DNA of 64,000 bases from Bernardetiaceae bacterium. Lineage in GTDB: Bacteria > Bacteroidota > Bacteroidia > Cytophagales > Thermoflexibacteraceae. The number at the start of each line of letters is the position of its first letter. Positions within the stretch are counted from its first letter, which is position 1. Location: contig JBIKRY010000001.1 of the NCBI GenBank assembly GCA_044348925.1, positions 8,371 to 72,370 on the forward strand, given 5' to 3'. The notes beneath the pieces were generated by a model that saw nothing but the letters and a program-made list of their open reading frames with translations, searched no databases and had not been told where the DNA came from. Positions 27,015 through 36,597 of the stretch are shown piece after piece. The translations under genes were made by a program, and so were the position numbers.

Positions 27015-27482
27015 TTAGTTATTATTTTTTTGTAACTTTTCTTGTTCCTCTTTTCTACCTTTTCGTAATAATCTATCTCCAAAAAATAAAGAAATTATGC
27101 TACCAACTCCTAAAAATGCAGCTAATACAAGTAAAAAACCTGATGCTTGTTGTGTTGAATAAGTACCAACAATTAACCACATCAAAGCAAATCCCATTGC
27201 ATATAGTAAAGCAACAATACCTAAGACTATTAATACAGTTCCCCAAATTTTCTTTTTATTCTTTTTTTTGAGAATTGCGTTTATAAGGAATGCAAGCCCA
27301 ATAACAAGCCAAAAAATACTTAAAACTATATCATTATTTTTTACTTTTAATACTTTGTAAACTTTTGCTGCAACTTTACTTGTTACAACCAAAGCTTCAT
27401 GATTTGTTGCCACCTGCATACCATAACAAGGCATAAAAATCATAAAAATACTTAATAATAAAATTACAAAACGGATATACAT
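27015..27482 (-). CDS. Small membrane protein, tandem paralogue B
   Basis: It opens MYIRFVILLLSIFMIFMPCYGMQVA, has a KKKNKKKIW patch and TM segments. Its 5' end and leader are near-identical at DNA level to paralogue A. Confidence 0.6.
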   Translation of the reverse strand: MYIRFVILLLSIFMIFMPCYGMQVATNHEALVVTSKVAAKVYKVLKVKNNDIVLSIFWLVIGLAFLINAILKKKNKKKIWGTVLIVLGIVALLYAMGFALMWLIVGTYSTQQASGFLLVLAAFLGVGSIISLFFGDRLLRKGRKEEQEKLQKNNN

Positions 27483-27496
27483 AGCTGTTTTAGTTG

Positions 27497-27928
27497 TTAT
27501 TTTTTAGGAGTTTCATACTTGTCTTCAAAAACTTGTTCCCAAGTCAAATTTTCTACTTTGCTATCTGTTTCCATTTCGGTTTCTGCCTCATCTTTTGCAC
27601 GAGCAAAAACCTTTTCCCAAATACTTTCTATATATTTTCTATTCAAAGAAGGTCGCAATTCTTGAATATCCAAAATTTCATACCTTGCATTTTTTATGGT
27701 TGCTGCCCAAGACGAACTTCGTTTTTCGGGTTGCGAAAACCACTTAATCAAATGTTTTATAAGCCTTATCAACTGACTTGCTAAGGCTTTTTTATGTTCT
27801 TGCGACATACTTTCTAACAAATAATTGATACCAATTTCCGCCTCATCAAATTCTGCATTTTCCAAAGCCCTGCGAATCTCGAGGGCTGTTTCATAATCTG
27901 ATGTAATGATATTGTTCCAATTTCTCAT
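27497..27928 (-). CDS. DUF29 domain protein
   Basis: LIRLIKHLIKWFSQPEKRSSSWAATIKNARYEILDIQELRPSL matches the DUF29 pattern (LLKW.YQP..RS.SW..TI...R.EI). Confidence 0.7.
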   Translation of the reverse strand: MRNWNNIITSDYETALEIRRALENAEFDEAEIGINYLLESMSQEHKKALASQLIRLIKHLIKWFSQPEKRSSSWAATIKNARYEILDIQELRPSLNRKYIESIWEKVFARAKDEAETEMETDSKVENLTWEQVFEDKYETPKK

Positions 27929-27940
27929 AGTTATTGCTAT

Positions 27941-28375
27941 TTAAAATACCTCAAACTCACTATGTTTTGGCATTTTATCCACCATATCTATAATCTCTTG
28001 TGGAGGAATTACCAATTTCCTTGTTGCTAAATCTAACCAACCGCCAAAAATAGTAACTGTTGCACAAATTGTATCATCATCACGCAAAAAAGTTGTCATT
28101 ATCGAATATTTCGAAAAATCTTTGCTAAGTCCTTTCAATTCAAATTTTAGGAAAATTTGTTGTCCATAGCGAATTTCTCGTTTAAAAATACCTTCTTCTC
28201 TCAATAAAACAGGATTCATCTTGCTTTTTTGGAAAAAATCTATACTCATACCTTGGCTTTGCAAAACTTCGGTACGAAATTGTGCAGCCAAATCATAAAA
28301 AGCAGAGTGTTTTACGTGATAATTGGGGTCTAAATCTGCCCAACGAATATGTGCAGCTTGTTTATATTCTTTCAT
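27941..28375 (-). CDS. Hotdog-fold acyl-CoA thioesterase (4HBT/YbgC-like)
   Basis: The N-terminal RWADLDPNYHVKHSAFYDLAAQFR pattern and the 144-aa size are typical of 4HBT thioesterases. Confidence 0.7.
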   Translation of the reverse strand: MKEYKQAAHIRWADLDPNYHVKHSAFYDLAAQFRTEVLQSQGMSIDFFQKSKMNPVLLREEGIFKREIRYGQQIFLKFELKGLSKDFSKYSIMTTFLRDDDTICATVTIFGGWLDLATRKLVIPPQEIIDMVDKMPKHSEFEVF

Positions 28376-28396
28376 GATTTGTTATATTTTTGTTTG

Positions 28397-28404
28397 CAAA
28401 TATA
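28397..28404 (-). promoter_or_regulatory. TAnnTTTG -7 promoter motif upstream of the thioesterase-led gene cluster
   Basis: The minus strand reads TATATTTG, 22 nt upstream of the ATG at 28375. This is a motif match only. Confidence 0.3.
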
Positions 28405-28656
28405 GTAAAAACATTATGCAAGCATAGTATTTTTGAAAAAATATTTAGCTTTTTTTCCAATAATTCTATAGATTTATAAAAACCCTATTTTGTTTTTGGG
28501 CATTAGCTTGTTTTTAAAACAAATTATATATTTTTAGCGTATGATTAGAGAGATTATTGCTATTTTAGCTTAAATTTCTCTACTGTTGTAAGTATATTAA
28601 ATTATGATAATTTTGATGTATAACTATTTTTCTATTTTTATAAAACCTTCAATAAG

Positions 28657-31600
28657 ATGAAAAAATTTTTTTTTTGGTTTCTTATTTTATCCTCTTGGAT
28701 AATAAGTTATTCCCAAGCTACTATTTATTATGTTCGTACCACAGGCTTGACTTCTAATGACGGCTTGACTTGGGCAACCTCCACGTCTATACAAAATGCT
28801 TTTCTACTTGCAAGTGCAGGAGATACTATTTTGGTTGCCAAAGGCACTTACAAGACCGATACTTTAGGTACGAGTCGTACTGCTACTTTTTTACTCAAAA
28901 ATAAAATCGTATTCATTGGTGGTTATAATAATACAGGTAATCCTGCTTTTGGTAGTCGAAATGCTACTACAAATGTTACTATTTTGAGTGGAGATTTAAG
29001 TAATAATGATAATTGTGCTACCATGTCCACAGGTGGAAGTGCTGCTACTTATACAGATAATGCTTATCACATAGTACGCATACCTGCTACGATTGCAGAT
29101 TGGGTATATGTAGAAGGTTTTACTATTTCGGGAGGCTCTGCGAATGGTGCAGCACCCGACAATCAAGGGGCAGGTGTATTAGTAGAAGATGGTGCAAAAA
29201 AAGTACAAATCGTAAATTGTACAATTACTTGCAATTTTTCGAGCAGTGATGGGGCAGGTATTTCGCACAGAGGTAGTACAAATAGCCGTTTGGTGCTTAC
29301 AAGTTGCACACTTACCCAAAATCTAAGCAATACGGGTGATGCTGGAGGCTTATTGATACGTGCCGACAGTGCCAATATTACTCGTAGCACTTTTTCTCTC
29401 AATCGTGGTTCTTCGGGTGCTGGGTTATCTGTAAAAATTGTAAATGCTGCAAATTGTGTTTACTCCATCTTAAATAATACTTTTGAAAATAATACTGCCT
29501 CAGCAACAGGCGGGGCAATCAATTTAGTCAATGGAATCAACGAGGGTTATGTAATTGATGGAAATAATTTTGTTACTAACACAGCCCTTAATGGCGGTGC
29601 AATAGGTTTTTTTGGAACTTCTACTGGCGTAATTGCTTATATTCAATCCAATAAATTTATCGGTAATATAGCTTCTTTGCAAGGTGGCGGGGCAATTTTT
29701 ATTAGTGGAATAAGCCTCGATGCCAACGGAACTGCCCAAAGCACTATTCTTAATAATGTTTTTAGCGGAAATCGGGCATCTGCTAATAGTGGTACAAATG
29801 GCAAAGGTGGTGCTATCATTATTCAGGGCTTAACTGCAACCCAAAAAGCCCCTGTTATTGCCAACAACACATTTAGTCGAAATCTCGCAAATGGCAATAA
29901 CGCAGCTGTAGGTGGTGGTGCATTGTTTGTGAGTGCAAATAACGCAGCAGTAAATTTTACAGTTTTTAATAATATTTTTTGGAACAATACCAACACAGGC
30001 AATAGAGGAAATAATCTTTTTGTCGCAACTTCTACAAGTTTCAAATATGCACATTCCATTATCAACGCAGCCGAAAGCACTTGCACAGGTGGCTGTCAAG
30101 ACACAGGAGTTGCTGCTTTGCTAAACAAAGACCCTAAATTTTATGACGATGACGGTGCAGACAATACCGTAGGGACTCTTGATGACGATTTGCGTTTACA
30201 ATATGATAATACTACAGGGGTTACAATTAACAACGCATTTGATACAGGCGTATATACATACAATACTTTTACTACTTTAAATGTAGATTATTTAGTTTTT
30301 GACCGTAGTTGCTTACCAGATTTGGGGGCTTACGAATATACACATTATTGGAAAGGTGGCACTACAGATTGGAATACTGGGGCAAATTGGAGTGATAAAT
30401 GTGGAAATGTTGTGCCAACTGCCAAAATGAATATTTATGTAGGTACAAATGACCAATCTACTACCAATGCTACAGGCGGTATCACTGGCACAAATACCAC
30501 TACCAACCCTGTACTTGATGTTACCAATCACGTAGGATTTTCGTTTTATGTAAGCAAAGATGTAACCATGCAAACGGCAAGTTTACTTACTTTGCAAGGG
30601 CATTTGAGAGTAAGTGGAACAGCAAAATTTAATAACAATGCCGCTGCCTACGGAGGTAGAGTACTTATGAAACCAACAGATTGTGCTTTTGCCCAAACTA
30701 TTTCTCATAGTGGTAGCCAACTTAATTTTAATCACTTAGAAATAGACAATATTTCAGGAGTTACAAAATCGGGCAATAATGTAAACGTAAAAACGGTAGT
30801 AGAACTTACCAATGGAAATTTGGCAGTCGGTGGTGGCTTTACCTTGCTTTCTACAGCAACTTCGACTGCTATGGTTGCGAATGACCCTGCGGCAGGCGTT
30901 GCACCTACTACACGCAGAATTACAGGAAATGTAACCGTACAAAGACATATTACAGGACACCCTGCCTATACAGGACTTGGATACCGCTATTTTTCTGCAC
31001 CAATTAGCAATTATTCTTACGGGCAATTTACCCAAACCCCGATTGTTACAGGAGCAGGATATTATTGGTATAATCCAAGTTACACCGCAGCAAATTTCCC
31101 TACTTTATTTACTTATCAAGAAGGAAATAACACGGATGATGGCACCAATACAGGTGGTTTTGAAGGTGGCTCTGCAACAGGGGGCTGGCGTTGCCCAACT
31201 ACTAACCCAAGTATAGGACAAGGATTTAATGTCCACACGCCAACCAATATTACAACTACTTTTACAGGAACATTAAATAATGGCACTTTAACGATTCCCG
31301 TTACAAAAACAGGAGCAAGTACCTATTCGGGTTGGAATTTGGTAGGAAATCCATATCCATCGCCTTTAGATTGGGACGCAGTAGTAGCAGCAAATGCTAC
31401 TATCATAGAAGCAGCAATATATAGACGTATTGCAAGAGGTCCCTTAAACTTGGTTAGTTGGGGAAAATATATTGCAGGAGTAGGCTCTATCGAAGGCGGA
31501 ACAGTAGGCGGAAACACTGTAGATAATACCAATATTAACAAAAATATTGCTTTAGGGCAAGGATTTTTTGTGGTTGCAAAAACAAATGGAAATATTACAC

Positions 31601-32355
31601 TAAACAATACTATGCGACCAAGCATAGGCACACAAACAAGCCCATTGTTTTTGAGAACCGAAAATAACAAGCCAATGGCACTAAAATTACGTTGCCAAAA
31701 TTCGCAATTTTATGACGAAATGATAGTACATTTTAACCAAAATGCAACAGAAAAATATGATGGAGATTTTGATGCACATAAAGCACCTGAAAATGGAGGT
31801 ACAATGCCCGATATGTATATGATTTCGGCAGACAAAAAAAATATTTCTATCAATGGATTACCTTTTAGTGCTTTGCAAAAAAATGTTCCTTTTATTGTAA
31901 AATCAAAAATTGCAGGCGAATATCAAATTAATGTGCAAGATACAAGTTCAATTCCTACAAATTCCAATGTATTTTTATGGGATAAGGAACTGAATATCAA
32001 ACAAAACTTGTTGTTAAATCCTATTTACAAATTTACGGCAAAAGTAGCTACTTATAACACAAGATTTGAATTGATTTTTGATATTAGTATTAATGCTAAT
32101 TTGGTAGGAAATTTGACACTCTATCCAAATCCAAGCACCGATAATAACGTAACTCTACGCCTACTAACCAATGAAAATGCAAATTTGAATATTGCAATTT
32201 ATGATGTGATGGGACGAGTTGCCAAAACTATTACTGCACACAAAGACCTAAATACCTTTGAAATGCCATTAGATTTGTCAGATTTGTCGCAAGGGGTATA
32301 TGTAATTCAAATCCATGACGGAAAAAAAACCTATAGTAGCAAGTTTGTAAAATAA
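28657..32355 (+). CDS. Large secreted beta-helix (PbH1-like repeat) protein with a T9SS C-terminal sorting domain
   Basis: It has a signal peptide and many G/N/T-rich repeats of the right-handed beta-helix type (NNTFSGNRASANSG..GGAI, NNIFWNN). The C-terminus is LYPNPSTDNNVTLRL...GVYVIQIHDGKKTYSSKFVK. Confidence 0.8.
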   Translation: MKKFFFWFLILSSWIISYSQATIYYVRTTGLTSNDGLTWATSTSIQNAFLLASAGDTILVAKGTYKTDTLGTSRTATFLLKNKIVFIGGYNNTGNPAFGSRNATTNVTILSGDLSNNDNCATMSTGGSAATYTDNAYHIVRIPATIADWVYVEGFTISGGSANGAAPDNQGAGVLVEDGAKKVQIVNCTITCNFSSSDGAGISHRGSTNSRLVLTSCTLTQNLSNTGDAGGLLIRADSANITRSTFSLNRGSSGAGLSVKIVNAANCVYSILNNTFENNTASATGGAINLVNGINEGYVIDGNNFVTNTALNGGAIGFFGTSTGVIAYIQSNKFIGNIASLQGGGAIFISGISLDANGTAQSTILNNVFSGNRASANSGTNGKGGAIIIQGLTATQKAPVIANNTFSRNLANGNNAAVGGGALFVSANNAAVNFTVFNNIFWNNTNTGNRGNNLFVATSTSFKYAHSIINAAESTCTGGCQDTGVAALLNKDPKFYDDDGADNTVGTLDDDLRLQYDNTTGVTINNAFDTGVYTYNTFTTLNVDYLVFDRSCLPDLGAYEYTHYWKGGTTDWNTGANWSDKCGNVVPTAKMNIYVGTNDQSTTNATGGITGTNTTTNPVLDVTNHVGFSFYVSKDVTMQTASLLTLQGHLRVSGTAKFNNNAAAYGGRVLMKPTDCAFAQTISHSGSQLNFNHLEIDNISGVTKSGNNVNVKTVVELTNGNLAVGGGFTLLSTATSTAMVANDPAAGVAPTTRRITGNVTVQRHITGHPAYTGLGYRYFSAPISNYSYGQFTQTPIVTGAGYYWYNPSYTAANFPTLFTYQEGNNTDDGTNTGGFEGGSATGGWRCPTTNPSIGQGFNVHTPTNITTTFTGTLNNGTLTIPVTKTGASTYSGWNLVGNPYPSPLDWDAVVAANATIIEAAIYRRIARGPLNLVSWGKYIAGVGSIEGGTVGGNTVDNTNINKNIALGQGFFVVAKTNGNITLNNTMRPSIGTQTSPLFLRTENNKPMALKLRCQNSQFYDEMIVHFNQNATEKYDGDFDAHKAPENGGTMPDMYMISADKKNISINGLPFSALQKNVPFIVKSKIAGEYQINVQDTSSIPTNSNVFLWDKELNIKQNLLLNPIYKFTAKVATYNTRFELIFDISINANLVGNLTLYPNPSTDNNVTLRLLTNENANLNIAIYDVMGRVAKTITAHKDLNTFEMPLDLSDLSQGVYVIQIHDGKKTYSSKFVK

Positions 32356-32391
32356 AATTATTACTATAAAAATTCTCTTGTTATTTACTAT

Positions 32392-32429
32392 GTAGGTTGC
32401 AAGGTTTATAAAAAGACCTTGCAACCTAC
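32392..32429. terminator. Bidirectional stem-loop between convergent genes
   Basis: gtaggttgcaaggt (stem) - ttataaaaag - accttgcaacctac form a perfect 14-bp stem followed by ttttt. Confidence 0.6.
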
Positions 32430-32432
32430 TTT

Positions 32433-33056
32433 TTAAAATAAATCAAATTTTTCGGCAGTCCGCACACAGTCTGCAAAAATAAAATCTAAAACCCCGAATA
32501 ATTTATCAGGGTTATCCAAACCCAAACCTACAGGGTGTTTGTAAATAATTTTAGTATCTAATTTCCCAAATTCCCAACCTTTTCCAATACTAACAATAGC
32601 ATAAATAGGAATTTCAGGATTTTTATTTAGAAGTTGTGCAACTATTAATTGTTTGTAAGCATCTACCCAACCCTTATCGTAGTCATCATGCTTTGCCTTG
32701 ACAGTAATAAGTAAAGGTTTGCCAAAAATATTAACCCCTGTTTTGTTTTTAGGCGAAACTACATAGTCTGGCACTAAAACCAAATCTTCATACTTTATTT
32801 GTGGGTGGCTGAACAATTTAGCTCGAGGATTGCGTTTCCAAGCCTCTCTGAGTAGTGGAAAAATTAGCGTTTCACAAGCATAAAATTCCATATCTGTATC
32901 CCCACGTTCTGATAAAGCAAAATCTATATCGTCTAATACAGTTTGGTGAATTTGTATGGGAGTGATGGAAGAAAAATCAAGAAATTTTTTGCTTTCTACT
33001 CGCAAGTCAAAATATGTTAATAATTCATCTGCGTTTTTAAAGTCGCTAAATTTCAT
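32433..33056 (-). CDS. PD-(D/E)XK-like hypothetical protein, second paralogue
   Basis: The start is MKFSDF at 33056. It has VPDYVV ... LITVKAKHDD ... QLIVAQLL ... IYAIVSIGKGWEFGKLD, which aligns block by block with 26012-26602. The ExK position reads KAK. Confidence 0.6.
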   Translation of the reverse strand: MKFSDFKNADELLTYFDLRVESKKFLDFSSITPIQIHQTVLDDIDFALSERGDTDMEFYACETLIFPLLREAWKRNPRAKLFSHPQIKYEDLVLVPDYVVSPKNKTGVNIFGKPLLITVKAKHDDYDKGWVDAYKQLIVAQLLNKNPEIPIYAIVSIGKGWEFGKLDTKIIYKHPVGLGLDNPDKLFGVLDFIFADCVRTAEKFDLF

Positions 33057-33238
33057 AAGTCGTAATGGTTTTAGCAAAGTTACGAAATGTTATGGAAAAC
33101 GAAGAATAAACCTCGTTTGTATGTCAATAAAAAAACTTGTAGTTGCTCAATAAAGCTAAAAGCTAATAGATTACATACAAGTTTTATTAATAATTTGTTA
33201 CTATATTTTCAACAAAAAAATTATTTTATCAAAACTTC

Positions 33239-35056
33239 TCAATTTATTACATCACCACGCAAAGCCCTAAACCGTTTTCGTGCTTCTGCGGAATAGATAC
33301 TTCCTTGATAATTGCTTAGTAATTTTTGGTAATATTCCATAGCTTTTTCCTTATTTTGTAGGTTTTCTTGGTACAGTTTGCCTGCCATAAAGGTTGCGTC
33401 ATCTCCCAAAATATCTTCACTACTATCTTGCAATAATTTTTGTATTTCGGTCATAGCCTCTGGATAACGAGCTTGGCGAATAAAAATATTTGCCTTTGCC
33501 CAATGAATTTCGTCTATTAAACTATGTTCGGGATAGGTTTTCAGCATTTTATCATAGCCAAGCAATGCCTCATCAAGTTGCCCTTGAAAAACCAACAAAT
33601 CTATAGCTGCAAATTCGCTAAGTGCCGTTGCCGAAGTATCCAATTCCAAATTATCGGCAATTAATAAAGATAATTGCATAGCATCATTTGCTATTTCGCG
33701 TGTAGTAGCCTCTTTGAGTACGTCTAATTGCTCTTTTGCAAAATCAAAATCCCCTTTATAATAATGTAATTTGGCATTTTTGAGTTTTGCAATATGCCCT
33801 AAAGGTCTTTCTTTTTCGGTTTTTGCTACTTGTGCATACAAAAGTGTAGCTTCCCAAGGCTCTGATTTTAACAAATAAATATCTCCTAAATCTACTTTAG
33901 CTTGGTCTATCAAGTCTTGTTTGATGCCAAGTGAACGAGAATCTATAATTTTTTGTAGGATAATAACTGCAGTATCTTTATTATTTAAGTAAAAAGCCTC
34001 TAATAATGCCATACTACGAACTGCCTCCGCAGTGCTTTGATTTAGCCCTAATTCGGCAACAATGCTATTATAATCTCCAATCAAAGACTTGATTTTTAAC
34101 TTGTCTATTGGAAAAGTAGTTTTGATTTGTTCTTCTTTTGCCTTTGCCAAATTGCGTTTTGCCTCTGCATAAATAGATTTTTCGGTTCGGTAAGTATTGG
34201 CAATGTAATCATAAATCTTGATGGCAGCCGCATAATCTTTGTGTTCTAATGCCATTTTCCCCAAATTTCCCAACTCTATTCCTTCCAAATTTTTGCGTTT
34301 ATCTATTGCTTTGGCTTGTAGAAATGCTTTTGTAAATTCTTTGCGTTGCATAAAATACCACACCAACATTTCAGGATAGACTACATTATCGGGATATTTT
34401 TCCAAAAAATCTACCAAAATACCTTCTAATTTGTTGAAATCTTCTTCGTCACGCACACGCATTTGTAGATAATATTGTACCATTTCCAACTGTTCGGGAC
34501 TGTAGCTCAACATATCCAAGTATTCATTGACCATTTTATCTAATTTGCCCGACAAACCATACAAAGCTGCTAATTCATTTACAAACTTGTATTTTCCATT
34601 TTTACGTCCTGCCAAGTATAGTTTTTCGGCATATTCATAAAAATTTGCTTGAATAAAATATTGTGCGTTGTAATGAATTTGGTTATCGTCTTTTTTGATA
34701 CGGTCTATAAAATCCTCTAATTGGCGTGCAGATTCTTTGCTTTTGCCTTGCAAATTCAATACTGTTGCATAATCTACGGCAAACATTCCCTCATAAGGCA
34801 AATTTTTAGTTTGCTTTTTGAGATATTTTTCGGCTTCTTCCAATTTTTGTAATTTTAGTAAGATAGCCAAGTAATTTTTATGAATATCATAAATAAATTC
34901 TTGCTTTTTTACTAATCTTTCATACATTGTATAGGCTTTGTCGTATTCGCCTTGAGCATAATATTCATTTGCTAACAGCATTTCTGTCTGTGTTTGACCC
35001 AAAATTTGAGCAGTACAAAAAAGTACAAAGGATATACAAAAAAATATTTTTTTCAT
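33239..35056 (-). CDS. TPR-repeat protein, secreted
   Basis: A signal peptide is followed by repeated 34-aa-like A/Y/L patterns (EYYAQGEYDKAYTMYERL, YKGDFDFAKEQLDVL, and others). Confidence 0.75.
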   Translation of the reverse strand: MKKIFFCISFVLFCTAQILGQTQTEMLLANEYYAQGEYDKAYTMYERLVKKQEFIYDIHKNYLAILLKLQKLEEAEKYLKKQTKNLPYEGMFAVDYATVLNLQGKSKESARQLEDFIDRIKKDDNQIHYNAQYFIQANFYEYAEKLYLAGRKNGKYKFVNELAALYGLSGKLDKMVNEYLDMLSYSPEQLEMVQYYLQMRVRDEEDFNKLEGILVDFLEKYPDNVVYPEMLVWYFMQRKEFTKAFLQAKAIDKRKNLEGIELGNLGKMALEHKDYAAAIKIYDYIANTYRTEKSIYAEAKRNLAKAKEEQIKTTFPIDKLKIKSLIGDYNSIVAELGLNQSTAEAVRSMALLEAFYLNNKDTAVIILQKIIDSRSLGIKQDLIDQAKVDLGDIYLLKSEPWEATLLYAQVAKTEKERPLGHIAKLKNAKLHYYKGDFDFAKEQLDVLKEATTREIANDAMQLSLLIADNLELDTSATALSEFAAIDLLVFQGQLDEALLGYDKMLKTYPEHSLIDEIHWAKANIFIRQARYPEAMTEIQKLLQDSSEDILGDDATFMAGKLYQENLQNKEKAMEYYQKLLSNYQGSIYSAEARKRFRALRGDVIN

Positions 35057-35138
35057 TTTGTGTTGTTTTCAGTGAAAATACATGTAGCTAAATTGCTAAT
35101 TTGGTTACTTAAATAAAGTCTATCATACACATTTTATT

Positions 35139-36560
35139 TTATAAAGTATCCAAAAAACCCAAATAATATGTTTTATCCGACACTACATTATACCTGTTTC
35201 CATTTCCATCATTTGCACTAATCACCAAACGAAAATTATAAATATAATTTTCGCAAGACGCATCTCCATCAATTTCTAAAGAAAAATGTTGTGCTTGGTT
35301 GTTTGTAACTTCTTTAAAATCAAGTATAGGAATAATAGTTGATGTATGTGTCAAAGTTACTTTATATTTTTGTTCTCCTGCTTTTTGGGTTATCCAATTA
35401 GACCATTTTACTTTTTTGGTATCTAAATGATAGGTAGCAATTTTTTCTAATTTAACATTGTCTATGTATAAAGTTTTGCCACTACTATTTTTGATATTAA
35501 ACCTTATTTGCATATTTTTATTAGCAATGGTAGGAATATTTGTAGGCATATTTACCACACTTTTCAAGTTTTCTCGATATGGTTCTCCATATTTGCTATT
35601 CATATCTTCCCCTTCGGTATTTGTTTCAAAATTCCATTTTTCAGAACTATACAAAAACTTACCATTGTAAATATTATTGGTGTGAAAAGATAATGGATTT
35701 GTAATTTTTTCTTCACCTGCCTTGTTATTGGTGCTGTCAAAATCTGTATTTTTGCTTATTGGGGTATTTTCTCTAAAATTACTGTCTGCCACCACAGGCT
35801 TAAACGTAATTTGCTCAATATAGGCTAACTTTTCTTTCTGTGTATCTACATAACTAAGCATTGTATAATATTTGTAGGAAAAAGTTACCAACAATAACAA
35901 AGAGGCAGCTATCGAAATTTCTTTAAAATATTTTTTCCAAAACCCTATTTTTGGCTTTTCTATCTCTGCTTTTTCAGTTTCTTTTTCTGCTTTTTCAGTT
36001 TCTTTTTCTGCTTTTTCAGTTTCTTTTTCTGCGATTTTAGTTTCTTTTTCTGTAATTTCAGTTTCTTTTTCTGCAATTTCAGTTTCTTTTTCTGCAATTT
36101 CGGGGCTTATTTTTTCAAGTTCAAACTTATTTTCAAGTTCAAGAGTTTTGTCTTTGCTATGTAGTTCTTTCCATTGTCTAAACTCTTCGAGAGTTTGTAT
36201 TGGGCTATTTATCAAAAAAGCTGCAAAAGATAATGTAATTTCTTTTGGTGCTACTGTTATACCTTGAAAAATCTTTGCAATAGACTTTGCTTTATTCTCT
36301 ACACTTCGTTCTAATTCAAGGAGAACTTTATCTAAAGAAACATTGCCTTTTGACAACACAAAAAAAACTTTGATTTTTTCTATTTTTTCAGGCTCACTAT
36401 TTTCTTCCAATACACGAATACAATACCTGTGGATAGTTGTAACAGTAATTTTTGTAGTTCTAAATTCTTTAGGAATGATAGTTACAGGAATTTGTTCAGA
36501 GAAATTTCGTAAATAGATAGCAAATCCTTTTTGGAGTTCTTCGCGTTTGAGCTTTGTCAT
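35139..36560 (-). CDS. Single-pass membrane protein with an (E-K-E-T-E-x-A)n repeat linker, function unknown
   Basis: The ATG at 36560 opens MTKLKREELQ. An N-terminal soluble domain is followed by seven heptad repeats AEKETEI/K, one TM segment (ISIAASLLLLVTFSY) and a C-terminal domain. The track start at 36632 runs into a repeat element. Confidence 0.65.
   Translation of the reverse strand: MTKLKREELQKGFAIYLRNFSEQIPVTIIPKEFRTTKITVTTIHRYCIRVLEENSEPEKIEKIKVFFVLSKGNVSLDKVLLELERSVENKAKSIAKIFQGITVAPKEITLSFAAFLINSPIQTLEEFRQWKELHSKDKTLELENKFELEKISPEIAEKETEIAEKETEITEKETKIAEKETEKAEKETEKAEKETEKAEIEKPKIGFWKKYFKEISIAASLLLLVTFSYKYYTMLSYVDTQKEKLAYIEQITFKPVVADSNFRENTPISKNTDFDSTNNKAGEEKITNPLSFHTNNIYNGKFLYSSEKWNFETNTEGEDMNSKYGEPYRENLKSVVNMPTNIPTIANKNMQIRFNIKNSSGKTLYIDNVKLEKIATYHLDTKKVKWSNWITQKAGEQKYKVTLTHTSTIIPILDFKEVTNNQAQHFSLEIDGDASCENYIYNFRLVISANDGNGNRYNVVSDKTYYLGFLDTL
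35963..36100 (-). repeat. In-frame 21-bp tandem repeat encoding EKETE(I/K)A units
   Basis: ctgctttttcagtttcttttt and variants are repeated about 7 times head to tail. Confidence 0.85.
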
Positions 36561-36597
36561 AGGAAAAATAGTTAAAGTTGAATAGATAATGTAAGTT

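Noticed and set aside
35963-36100. 21-bp tandem repeat as a non-coding VNTR or CRISPR-like array
   Set aside because: It is in frame within a long ORF and encodes a regular EKETExA heptad linker. There are no spacers.
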